A stretch of DNA of 64,000 nucleotides from Rhizobium sp. Q54 (GTDB taxonomy: Bacteria > Pseudomonadota > Alphaproteobacteria > UBA7879 > VGCX01), in the NCBI GenBank assembly GCA_945870825.1, contig CAMBTM010000003.1:5290-69289 (forward strand). The letters are read 5' to 3'. Positions 40,386 through 48,696 of the stretch are shown here, piece after piece (within the stretch, counting starts at the first letter, position 1; the number at the start of each line of letters is the position of its first letter). Made by a program: the position numbers and the translations under genes. Below the pieces are notes generated by a model. It made no database searches and was not told where the DNA came from. It saw only the letters and a program-made list of their open reading frames with translations.

Positions 40386-41699
40386 TTGGAATTATGGACA
40401 AGCGTTTCCTGCTTTTTGCTAGGGTTCTTTTTGATATGCCTGGATTTCTATGACAATTATCAAGATGATGTGGCAAAGACGATCGGGGAAGAAGTTTATC
40501 AAGAACCCGAAGAAGCAGAGGCAGCGTTAGCAGAGGCTGAGTCAGATTCCAAGGTCGTCTCGGAGGAAAAAGGGGGCCCCATTGAAACGGTCTTGGTGGA
40601 ATCGCGCGTTAAAAAGGGAGAAACATTAGAGAAATTCCTCATCCGTAATAATATCGATCCAAGTGACCGTCAAGGGATTATCAAGGCTATTTTAAAGTAC
40701 TTTTCACCACGCCTTATTATGCCCGGCCATCGGTTTTATTTCAGAAAGGTGAGGCAAGGCAACGCAAGACAGACAATTCAAAAGATTGTTTTCATCCTAT
40801 CCAATAACAAAAAATTAACCATAGAACGTAATACCCTTGGGGAATTCCACGCGTCATCTCCGCCTATTTTCTTAAAAAAGAAATTGCAGTATAAAAGCGG
40901 GACCGTTGAAGACAATTTTTATGGGGCGGCGATTAAATCTGGCCTCACCAGTTCTCTCATTAGTCAAATAACCCGGATCTATAGTTATTCCATCGACTTC
41001 CAACGTGCTATTGGTCAAGGGGATACCTTTGAAGTTTTGGTAGAGTTGCCCTTTGATGAAGAGACCCGGTATGAAGGACAAGCAGAAGTTGTTTACGCAG
41101 GTCTTTCTCTATCAGCAGGTCCCTTAAAACTATTCCGGTATACATTAAAAGATGGCAGTGTTGAATATTTCAATGAACGAGGGGAAGGGGCGCGTCGGGC
41201 ACTGTTGAAAACACCCATTAAAGGGGCGCGCGTGTCATCAAAATTCGGCAAACGTCACCATCCTGTCCAGGGCTATACGAAAATGCACCGTGGTGTAGAC
41301 TTCTCAGCCCCTCTTGGAACCCCCATCATCGCCTCTGGTAATGGGATTGTGAAAAAGATGGGACGGCTTCGGGGGTATGGCAATTATGTCTTTATCCAAC
41401 ATAATCGAGACTATGGAACGGCTTATGCCCATCTGCACTGTTACGTTAAAAATCTAAGACAAGGGAAGATGGTGAAACAAGGCGATATTATTGGGTATGT
41501 GGGCATGACAGGCACCGCAACAGGTCCACACCTACATTATGAAATCCATTATCGGGGCCAACAGGTCAATCCTCAAGTTGTGAACATGGCGTCTCAGCGA
41601 CATCTTGCGGGGCGGCCATTAGAAAACTTTCTAGCCTTCACCCGCAAAATAAAAGAAAAGGCGGCTTTGTTGAAAAAGCATTCAGAGTATGGGTCTTAA
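40386..41699 (+). CDS. M23 family metallopeptidase (membrane-anchored)
   Basis: 437 aa. N-terminal TM. ..HRGVDFSAPLGTPIIASGNGIV.. and ..GTATGPHLHYEI.. (HxxxD / HxH). Confidence 0.85.
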   Translation: MELWTSVSCFLLGFFLICLDFYDNYQDDVAKTIGEEVYQEPEEAEAALAEAESDSKVVSEEKGGPIETVLVESRVKKGETLEKFLIRNNIDPSDRQGIIKAILKYFSPRLIMPGHRFYFRKVRQGNARQTIQKIVFILSNNKKLTIERNTLGEFHASSPPIFLKKKLQYKSGTVEDNFYGAAIKSGLTSSLISQITRIYSYSIDFQRAIGQGDTFEVLVELPFDEETRYEGQAEVVYAGLSLSAGPLKLFRYTLKDGSVEYFNERGEGARRALLKTPIKGARVSSKFGKRHHPVQGYTKMHRGVDFSAPLGTPIIASGNGIVKKMGRLRGYGNYVFIQHNRDYGTAYAHLHCYVKNLRQGKMVKQGDIIGYVGMTGTATGPHLHYEIHYRGQQVNPQVVNMASQRHLAGRPLENFLAFTRKIKEKAALLKKHSEYGS

Positions 41700-41707
41700 G
41701 GACGACA

Positions 41708-42715
41708 ATGCGTGTCTTGGGGATTGAAACCAGTTGCGATGAAACGGCCGCTGCTGTTGTAACGGAAAAGAAAGAAGTTCTTTCTCATGTTGTCTTTTCC
41801 CAAATAGAATCCCATAAAATCTTTGGTGGTGTGGTCCCTGAAATTGGGGCTCGGGCGCACCTTGAAAAAATTCAAGACGTTATTGAACAAACGATGAAAG
41901 AAGCCAATCTTGAATTCCAAGATTTGGACGCCATTGCAGCCACCTGTGGCCCTGGACTTATAGGGGGTGTGTTGGTTGGGGCTGTTACTGGAAAATCAAT
42001 TGCGGCCTATCACCAAAAACCTTTTATTGCGGTTAACCATCTTGAGGCCCATGCCTTGTCTGTACGCCTGACAGAAGATGTGGGATTTCCTTACCTTTTG
42101 CTCCTTGTGTCAGGGGGGCATTGTCAGATGTTTCATGTGAAACATCTAGGCGTGTATGAAATTTTAGGCGGTACATTGGATGACGCTGTGGGGGAAACCT
42201 TTGATAAAGTGGCGCGTCTCTTGGGCCTTCCTTATCCAGGCGGCCCTGCTGTTGAGCACTGTGCATTGACGGGCGATGAGACACGGTTTTCTTTTCCACG
42301 TCCTTTGTTAGCGCAAAAGAATTATGACTTTTCCTTTTCGGGATTAAAAACAGCTGTCCTTCGGGAGGTGGAAAAACAGGGGCCATCGTTGGAGGAAAAC
42401 AAACCCCATATTGCCGCATCTTTTCAAAAAGCGGTGGCAGATATTTTCTTGAATCGGTTGGACAGAGCCATGACAACCTTGCCCCATTTAAAAACCGTTG
42501 TGATCGCAGGAGGCGTTGCGGCTAATCAGTATCTTCAAGGACATTTACAAGCGTTGGTGGCATCCAAGGATAAAAGACTTGTGGCGCCGCCCTTAAAGTA
42601 CTGCACCGATAATGGGGCAATGGTCGCTTGGGCTGGCCTTGAACATTGGCGTCTGGGTCATCAAGACCCCCTAACCTTCGCCCCGCGTCCCCGCTGGCCC
42701 CTTGGCAGTGTATGA
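41708..42715 (+). CDS. tsaD: tRNA N6-adenosine threonylcarbamoyltransferase TsaD
   Basis: 335 aa. MRVLGIETSCDETAAAV.., ..VNHLEAHAL.., ..LLVSGGHCQ.., ..VIAGGVAAN.. Confidence 0.95.
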   Translation: MRVLGIETSCDETAAAVVTEKKEVLSHVVFSQIESHKIFGGVVPEIGARAHLEKIQDVIEQTMKEANLEFQDLDAIAATCGPGLIGGVLVGAVTGKSIAAYHQKPFIAVNHLEAHALSVRLTEDVGFPYLLLLVSGGHCQMFHVKHLGVYEILGGTLDDAVGETFDKVARLLGLPYPGGPAVEHCALTGDETRFSFPRPLLAQKNYDFSFSGLKTAVLREVEKQGPSLEENKPHIAASFQKAVADIFLNRLDRAMTTLPHLKTVVIAGGVAANQYLQGHLQALVASKDKRLVAPPLKYCTDNGAMVAWAGLEHWRLGHQDPLTFAPRPRWPLGSV

Positions 42716-42780
42716 TGATACTATCCGTCATTTTTTTTGATTGATATTCCTGCCTTGTCACCGCCGCGTCCCCTCCAATT

Positions 42781-43320
42781 GTTATCCCCGCTCCTCTCCG
42801 CCGTCATCCCCGCGCAGGCGGGGACCCAGGGCAACCCTCAAGAAATTGCGGTCAAAGCATGGCGGCTCAAAGGCCTTTCCGCTTGAGAGATCTCGTTTGT
42901 AACCCTGGGCCCCCGCTTCCGCGGGGGTGACAAAAAAGAAAGAGATCCCCGCATTCTCCACTGTCATCCCCGCCCCCTCCGCCCTCATCCCCGCGGAGGC
43001 GGGGACCCAAGGCAACCCTCAAGATATTGCGGTCAAAGCATGGCGGTTCAAAGGCCTTTCCACTTGAGAGATCTCGTTTGTAACCCTGGGCCCCCGCTTC
43101 CGCGGGGGTGACAAAAAAGAAAGAGATCCCCGCATTCTCCACTGTCTTCCCCGCTCCCCTCTGCCGTCATCCCCGCGCAGGCGGGGAACCAGGGCAACCC
43201 TCAAGATATTGCGGTCAAAGCATGGCGGCTCAAAGGCCTTTCCATTTGAGAAATCTTGTTTGCACCCCTGGGTCCCCGCCTGCGCGGGGATGACGGCGGA
43301 GAGGGCGGGGATGACGACGG
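42781..43320. repeat. Tandem array: three 181-182-bp units, each holding a ~129-bp GC-rich palindromic (MITE-like) family-A element
   Basis: The landmark tcatcc recurs at 42804, 42985 and 43167. Element 1 = 42803-42931, with termini gtcatccccgcgcaggcggggacccaggg / ccctgggcccccgcttccgcgggggtgac (25/29 complementary). Each terminus is itself a ccccgc..gcgggg hairpin. Confidence 0.9.
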
Positions 43321-43437
43321 TGGGGGGGGGGGTAACTTCAACGGTGACCCACGATAACAAAAGGGGGAAACGACGAGGAATGATGGGACAAAATACCCAA
43401 AAAACCATAAAAAAATCCCCCGTGAAGGGGGATTTTT
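43313..43437. repeat. Left copy of a ~125-140-bp direct repeat flanking the AAA ATPase gene
   Basis: gacgacggtgggg..G11..taacttcaacggtgacccacgataacaaaagggggaaacgacgaggaatgatgggacaaaatacccaaaaaaccataaaaaaatcccccgtgaagggggattt. Near-identical to 44954-45095. Confidence 0.9.
43411..43437. terminator. Bidirectional rho-independent terminator
   Basis: aaaaatccccc-gtgaa-gggggattttt. Perfect stem flanked by an A-run and a T-run. It closes both the tsaD side (+) and the ATPase gene (-). Confidence 0.8.
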
Positions 43438-43603
43438 GAAACCTAGAAGAAATCTCAGACGACGCTAATATTTCCCGCTCCTACGTCTACAAGATAGCCG
43501 ATCAGATATTCAAAAGAATCCAAGGATATGTCCCAGAACTGCGCCGTCTTTGTGATGGCGTTGAAGGATGGTGATATAGATTGTCGAATGTGGAAGAACC
43601 CTA

Positions 43604-44842
43604 TCAAATCCACCCTACAGGAATTTGGACGATCTGAGGGGTCACCCATTCGATTGAAACACTTTGATTAATCACCATGCCAAAGGGCAATTGGTGGTCA
43701 TTTACAAACTCAGCCAACGATTTAAGCTGCTTCAGGGTCACAGAGCTACCATATTTTATTTCTATGGGAAGCACGCCAAAAGGCCCATCAAGCAATAAGT
43801 CTATTTCTGCACCATTTTTTGTGCGATAATAATAAGGTTGCCAGTTCGTTACGAATGTCGCCTCTAATCCTTTTAAGATTTCTTCTATGACAAATGCCTC
43901 AAAAGAATGTCCAACAGAAGGATCTTCCATCAAATCCTCCAAAGAACGGATATGCGTTAAATAGTGAAGAAGCCCTGTATCACGGATATATCCTTTTGGC
44001 ATTTTAATCACAGACTTAATAATATTACGCTCAAAGCTTGGCAAAGACCGCCATAAAAATGTTCCCTCTGCGATAGATATATAATCTTTAACTGTAACTT
44101 CACTGATTTCAAGTGCTCTACCTACATCTCTTTTATTAATAATAGTACCTGATAGTTTAGACAAAATAGTTAAAAAGCGCTGATAAGCCAATTTATTGAG
44201 CCGTGGGAATAAATGAGCAATGTCGCGATTGATATAAGTCTCACGATAATTATCCATCCACTGCGTATAGAATAGGTCATTTTGTGCAAGCACGGGCTCA
44301 GGATATCCGCCCTTCACCCAAAACTGTTGCATTTGAGAGATAGACAGCGGTGCTTGACCCTTGACAAGATGACGCGGATTCAATTTTTCAGAAAATAAAT
44401 CATAAAAAGGACTCAGGGGTTTTTGATAATATTCATTCGCTTTCAATGTTCCTAGTTCAATAATACCAATGCGCCCTGCAAGCGTTTCAGAAACATTAGA
44501 TAATAAGGTTGGACTGCTAGATCCTGTAATAATAAATCGTCCTTTTTCTGAGCGCGCCCCATCGATAACACCCCTTAATATTGAAAATAGTTCTGGGTAA
44601 AGTTGGGCTTCATCAATAATCACATGACGCGGATGATGCTGAAAAAACAACGTTGGATTTCTTGTAAGCACATTATAATCATCCGGATTTTGAAGATCGA
44701 TGTATTTCCACCCCTCTATCAAGCTTTTTCCAAGAGTTGTCTTGCCGACCTGTCTTGCACCAAGAAGGGCAATGACAGGAAACATATCCAGCATTTTTCT
44801 TGCTTTATGATCAATATTGCGCTTTACACCAGTCATATCCAT
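43604..44842 (-). CDS. AAA+ ATPase with DUF4143 C-terminal domain (COG1373-like)
   Basis: 412 aa. Walker A ..LLGARQVGKTTLG.., Walker B ..HVIIDEAQLYP.., ..RFIITGSSS... C-terminal ..YYYRTKNGAEIDLLL.. restriction-endonuclease-like fold signature typical of DUF4143. Confidence 0.85.
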   Translation of the reverse strand: MDMTGVKRNIDHKARKMLDMFPVIALLGARQVGKTTLGKSLIEGWKYIDLQNPDDYNVLTRNPTLFFQHHPRHVIIDEAQLYPELFSILRGVIDGARSEKGRFIITGSSSPTLLSNVSETLAGRIGIIELGTLKANEYYQKPLSPFYDLFSEKLNPRHLVKGQAPLSISQMQQFWVKGGYPEPVLAQNDLFYTQWMDNYRETYINRDIAHLFPRLNKLAYQRFLTILSKLSGTIINKRDVGRALEISEVTVKDYISIAEGTFLWRSLPSFERNIIKSVIKMPKGYIRDTGLLHYLTHIRSLEDLMEDPSVGHSFEAFVIEEILKGLEATFVTNWQPYYYRTKNGAEIDLLLDGPFGVLPIEIKYGSSVTLKQLKSLAEFVNDHQLPFGMVINQSVSIEWVTPQIVQIPVGWI

Positions 44843-44953
44843 ACCCTACCCATGGTTTGGATTGGTGTAAAGTGTTTTGTATGATGTGTCCTTACCGCCC
44901 TCTCCGCTGTCATCCTCGCTCCCCACCGTCGTTATCCCCGCTTCCGCGGGGCT

Positions 44954-45095
44954 GACGACGGTGGGGGCGGGGACGGCGTCGGGGGGGGGGTAAACTTCAA
45001 CGGTGACCCACGATAACAAAAGGGGGAAACGACGAGGAATGATGGGACAAAATACCCAAAAAATCATAAAAAAAATCCCCCGTGAAGGGGGATTT
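44954..45095. repeat. Right copy of the direct repeat flanking the AAA ATPase gene
   Basis: Same sequence as 43313-43437 with a ~15-bp insertion (cggggacggcgtcgg), a G10 tract (44981-44990) and the same terminator hairpin. Confidence 0.9.
45068..45095 (-). terminator. Rho-independent terminator downstream of the 292-aa repeat protein gene
   Basis: Read on the minus strand: aaatccccc-ttcac-gggggatttttttt (stem + T8). Confidence 0.75.
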
Positions 45096-45215
45096 ATTAA
45101 TCAAGTAGTATGTCGCTAGTCGTTTTACGGGTTTCCTTCATCTTCAGCTGGGCATTCCACAACAGTGGGAGGCGTCGCGGGGCGGCTGGCCGTCGCCGTC
45201 CGCGGCCTAGAGGCT

Positions 45216-46094
45216 TTACCTATCCGTGAAATTTGTTGGTAACGCCCCATTTTGAAGATTATCAAAACCCAATCTAGTGATCAATACTCTGAAAATTTTT
45301 CTTTCCTCCTCCTGATCTAACAACCATCTCCTGGCTACGGTATACCATAATCCGTTGCCCGCACCCTGATGAAGATTATCAAGGGTTCCCTTGAATATCC
45401 GGTACGCGGCTTGTTTCCCAATAGCATGATGACCTGCTTCAAGCTCAACAATCACTTGATTCCGCAAATTTTCATCATCCACAACCTCAGCTGCTGTGGC
45501 AATAGCATAACGACCTGCTCGAAGCGCAGCAATCACTTGATTCCGTAAAGGCTCATCACGCACAATCGCATCTGCTGTGGTTCCAGGATTATGGACGGCC
45601 ATCGCCGCAATCAACGCAGGTTTATGAGCGTCTGCAAGAGCCTCCAGTGTAGGTGCATCACGCACAATCGCAGCTGCTGTGGTTCCATGATTATCGTCTC
45701 TCATCGCCGCAATCAACTGATCTTTATGAGCGGCTGCAAGAGCCCGCAGTGTATCTGCATCACCCACAATCGCAGCTGCTGTGCCCGGAGCATCACCGCC
45801 GCCCATCGCCGCAATCAACGCAGGTTTATGAGCGGCTGCAACAACAGGTGCAGCAGCAGCGGCATCAGTTAGTGCCCATGTACTATAGGCTGCATCTAAA
45901 TTTGCCTTTATAACCCCGGTCTTTCTACTACTCGCGAGAGCCCTTGCATAATCTGGAGTAGCTTCAAATCTGTCCCATCCACCTTTTCCAGTTTTTGCTG
46001 CCGCTATTGCCTGACTTTGTTCAGTCGATGCACCAACGTCAAAAGCCAAAAGACTGGCCCCCAAAATTATGGCGTTTATCAAAGATTTTTTCAT
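45216..46094 (-). CDS. Secreted Ala-rich protein with ~35-aa tandem helical repeats, unknown function
   Basis: 292 aa. Signal peptide MKKSLINAIILGASLLAFDVGAS. Repeats are AHKPALIAAMGGGDAPGTAAAIVGDADTLRALAA / AHKDQLIAAMRDDNHGTTAAAIVRDAPTLEALAD / AHKPALIAAMAVHNPGTTADAIVRDEPLRNQVIA, plus two shorter degenerate copies. Confidence 0.7.
   Translation of the reverse strand: MKKSLINAIILGASLLAFDVGASTEQSQAIAAAKTGKGGWDRFEATPDYARALASSRKTGVIKANLDAAYSTWALTDAAAAAPVVAAAHKPALIAAMGGGDAPGTAAAIVGDADTLRALAAAHKDQLIAAMRDDNHGTTAAAIVRDAPTLEALADAHKPALIAAMAVHNPGTTADAIVRDEPLRNQVIAALRAGRYAIATAAEVVDDENLRNQVIVELEAGHHAIGKQAAYRIFKGTLDNLHQGAGNGLWYTVARRWLLDQEEERKIFRVLITRLGFDNLQNGALPTNFTDR
45438..45846. repeat. Intragenic tandem repeat, ~105-bp unit (about 4-5 copies, outer ones degenerate)
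   Basis: catcgccgcaatcaac..tttatgagcg.ctgcaagagcc..cagtgta..tgcatcac.cacaatcgcagctgctgtg recurs starting at 45600, 45705 and 45810, with weaker copies at 45438-45599. Confidence 0.85.
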
Positions 46095-46124
46095 GTTTTT
46101 CTCCCTTTTTTAACTTTTTTATTG

Positions 46125-46820
46125 TTAGAATGTTTTCTTAACCGTCAAGCCAACCACATGGTAACGAGGCTTTGCTTGAAACAAGAGTCCCTTATCCGTA
46201 GATTCATCAGCGCTAAAATATTTAACCTGTTCATACATTTGATATTCGTAATTCAGGCCTATATCAAAAGAACCAATGCGTTTTTCCACCTTAAATCCAG
46301 GGGCAAACCCTATGGCATTCACAGTATTGCTTGAAGAAAAATTACTATTTCTATCAGTACGTTGAACACCTATATCAAAACGGCTTCCAATCAACCCAGC
46401 CTTCAAGGACACATCAAATCCTTTGAATTCTTTGCCCATACCAACATCAAACCCAAGTGACCCAACACGGCGCAGTGATGTCGTTGCACTGAGTATTTCT
46501 GGTGTTTGAACGTTATTTTTCTCCTTTTTGGTACTATCCATGGATCCATTAGCTTGAACAAACCAGTTAAAATTTGTGTGTTCAAATGTATGCCCTGCAA
46601 AAAGAAGACCTAGCAATGAGTCACTGGAAGATTTTGTTTTCGCATATCCCCAAGGCCCTTCATCACCCAAATTGATACTACCAAAGTCACCTTTCGTATT
46701 CGATTGCTTCCATCCGGCCCCAACGCCTGCGTACCAGCCCTTGGCATTGGACTCAGGAACACCCCCAAGGCTTGCACCAAGGACGAGCGCTGCCATGCTG
46801 GGTGTAATGATTTTTTTCAT
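46125..46820 (-). CDS. Small outer membrane beta-barrel protein (Omp25/OMP_b-brl-like)
   Basis: ORF 46125-46886. ATG at 46820 gives MKKIITPSMAALVLGASLGGVPESNA signal. ..KGWYAGVGAGWKQ.. opening strand, alternating-hydrophobic strands, terminal ..HVVGLTVKKTF. Confidence 0.8.
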   Translation of the reverse strand: MKKIITPSMAALVLGASLGGVPESNAKGWYAGVGAGWKQSNTKGDFGSINLGDEGPWGYAKTKSSSDSLLGLLFAGHTFEHTNFNWFVQANGSMDSTKKEKNNVQTPEILSATTSLRRVGSLGFDVGMGKEFKGFDVSLKAGLIGSRFDIGVQRTDRNSNFSSSNTVNAIGFAPGFKVEKRIGSFDIGLNYEYQMYEQVKYFSADESTDKGLLFQAKPRYHVVGLTVKKTF

Positions 46821-46893
46821 GGTATTCTCCCTATTAAAATTCTTAATTATTAAATTAAGATTAGCGAAGAAATCCTTCTCATGCAATCCCCTT

Positions 46894-47157
46894 TTATTTT
46901 GTCAAAAGAATTTTTAAGTCTCCAGACTGATCCAACGTAGACAGATCAGTAAATCCGCCAATTCCTTTATCACCAATGAAAATTTGGGGTACCGTTTTGC
47001 GACCTTCCGCTTTGATGACAAGGGCCTGTCTTGCAGCAGAATCATCCGTGACATCGATTTCTTCAAAGACCAGACCTTTTGATGCTAAAAGTTCCTTGGA
47101 CTTGGTGCAATAAGGACAATAGCTTGCTGTATAGATAGTAATTTTTGGTTGTTGCAT
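46894..47157 (-). CDS. grxC: Glutaredoxin 3
   Basis: ORF 46894-47268. ATG at 47157 gives MQQPKITIYTASYCPYCTKSKELL..TVPQIFIGDKGIGGFTDL (CPYC active site). Confidence 0.9.
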   Translation of the reverse strand: MQQPKITIYTASYCPYCTKSKELLASKGLVFEEIDVTDDSAARQALVIKAEGRKTVPQIFIGDKGIGGFTDLSTLDQSGDLKILLTK

Positions 47158-47326
47158 GGGTTTCTCCTTCTTTAAAGCGATTATACAAAGGCTTGGCGAG
47201 GCCAACCAAACATAAGGATTCGGTTTAATACGGTTGAAAGTCAAATTAAAGTTACAAAACACCATCAAAAAAGTGAATATGAAAATTTTAAAAATTTACT
47301 TATACCAGTTTTCTGTGTCCCTTGTT

Positions 47327-47945
47327 CGTCATCCCCGCTGCAAGCGGGGCGTGGGACCCAGGAGGTTAGCCGAATGCCTAAAATACCCCTTTTCAACCCT
47401 CTAAAACGTTGGGGGAGTCAAATCGTGAGTAGCCCTAACGGGCTATTTTTCTGGATCCCACGCCCACCTCCGGTGGGCTCTGGAAGACAACGTCGGGGGA
47501 GTCTCGACGAGGCTCTGGAAGACGGCATGGGGGGATCGGTGGGCTCTGGAGGACAACGTCGGGGGGGGATTCAGCGGGGCTTTGGAGCTGATACAACGCC
47601 TACGAAATGTGTGAGAGAAATATAGGCTTTTTTGTTTTAAAGCCCTTGAAAATACTGTGTTTTAGCCCCCCGACGCCGTCTTCCAGAGCCCTGCTGCAGG
47701 CAGGGCGTGGGACCCAGGAGGTTAGCCGAATGCCTAAAATACCCCTTTTCAACTGTCTCAATGGTGGGGGAGTCAAATCGTGAGTAGCCCTAACGGGCTA
47801 TTTTTCTGGATCCCACGCCCACCTCCGGTGGGCTTTGGAAGACGGCGTCGGGGGATCGGTGGGCTCTGGAAGACGGCGTCGGGGGAGTTTTGGCGGGGCT
47901 CTGGAAGACGGCGTCGGGGGAGTTTCAGCTCCAGAGGCCTACGAA
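47327..47945. mobile_element. Two family-B MITE-like elements in tandem (B1 47327-47499, B2 47666-47854), with amplified right-end motifs and a family-C linker
   Basis: B2 has the termini ccccccgacgccgtcttccagagccc ... gggctttggaagacggcgtcggggg. B1 lacks the left terminus. The extra ggctctggaagacggcgtcggggg-type units run to 47568 and to 47920. Confidence 0.85.
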
Positions 47946-47952
47946 CATTCCC

Positions 47953-48696
47953 CTAAACTTTCGACCGACAGACCACTTGGACTTTTACAGCCTTGGCCCC
48001 TGCCTTCAAAAGATTCTCTGCGCAAAACCGTAAGGTGGCCCCAGAGGCCATCACGTCATCCACCAATAAAATGGTTTTGCCTTGGAAGTGAGATTTCATA
48101 GACGGATTCACGTGAAACACTTTTTTCACATTGCGTGCTCGCTCTTTTTTGGACAGTCCGCCTTGAGACGGCGTTTCTTTAAGGCGTTTTAAAATTCCAG
48201 GGGCATGGGGAATCCCTGATTGAAGACTGAGACGCTTTCCAAGTAAGGCCGCTTGGTTAAACCCCCGTTTCAACAAACGCGTCCAGTGCAAGGGGACTGG
48301 GACAATCAGATCAACGTCCTTGAAATAGCCCCGATCACGCAGCATCCAATGGGCAAAAAAATCCGCAAGATAGGTCATGTCACCGTGTTTGAAATTTAAA
48401 ATCAGGGGGCTTGATGCAGGGGTATAACGAAACACCGCCCTTGCTGCCTTGAAGGGAAAGGGATCGGTTAAACACCGCCCGCAGATAATGGTCGGCGCCA
48501 TGGCGCATTCCAACGGCTGCCCACACTGGTCACAAAAAGGGGCACTGATGAATTCAACGACGGGCCAACATGTGGCACACAAAGTATAATCTTGTTCCAC
48601 AGGGATGTGGCACAAGGGACAAAGCGGGGGAATCAAGGGTTTTAAAAAATGGCGAAAAAAGGATTGAATCAAGGCCTTTACCCCCCCCACTAGCAC
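47953..48696 (-). CDS. comF: ComF family protein (phosphoribosyltransferase domain)
   Basis: 247 aa, GTG start. N-terminal zinc-finger-like ..CPLCHIPV..CATCW..FCDQCGQPL..CGRC.. and PRT motif ..ILLVDDVMASGATL.. Confidence 0.85.
   Translation of the reverse strand: MLVGGVKALIQSFFRHFLKPLIPPLCPLCHIPVEQDYTLCATCWPVVEFISAPFCDQCGQPLECAMAPTIICGRCLTDPFPFKAARAVFRYTPASSPLILNFKHGDMTYLADFFAHWMLRDRGYFKDVDLIVPVPLHWTRLLKRGFNQAALLGKRLSLQSGIPHAPGILKRLKETPSQGGLSKKERARNVKKVFHVNPSMKSHFQGKTILLVDDVMASGATLRFCAENLLKAGAKAVKVQVVCRSKV

Noticed and set aside
42781-43320. Regularly spaced repeats that might be read as a CRISPR array
   Set aside because: The unit is 181-182 bp and essentially the whole unit is repeated, with no unique spacers. 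The repeats are long imperfect palindromes of MITE type. There is no leader and no cas gene in the window.
42782-43408. ORFs of 77-129 aa across the family-A array (AGMT / VTPAEAGAQ / PRLRGDD peptides), and equivalents at 44846-45067, 47374-47625 and 47835-48101
   Set aside because: They are translations of GC-rich palindromic repeats. They overlap each other in several frames, have no start context and change with repeat copy number. They are typical mis-annotated hypothetical proteins.
43455-43649. 64-aa minus-strand ORF overlapping the 3' end of the ATPase gene, and a plus-strand open stretch (ISDDANISRSYVYKIADQIFKRIQGYVPELRRL)
   Set aside because: It has no motif, no SD and no convincing start, and it overlaps a supported gene. 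It may be a remnant of whatever was co-inserted with the ATPase, but that is not supportable.
45438-45846. The 35-aa repeats with a variable inter-helix loop resembled TALE-like (34-aa) DNA-binding repeats
   Set aside because: There are only about 3 good repeats and no sequence similarity to TALE/BAT consensus. The variable segment is 6 residues, not an RVD pair. The protein has a Sec signal peptide rather than a T3SS-type N-terminus. It is kept only as a generic helical-repeat protein.
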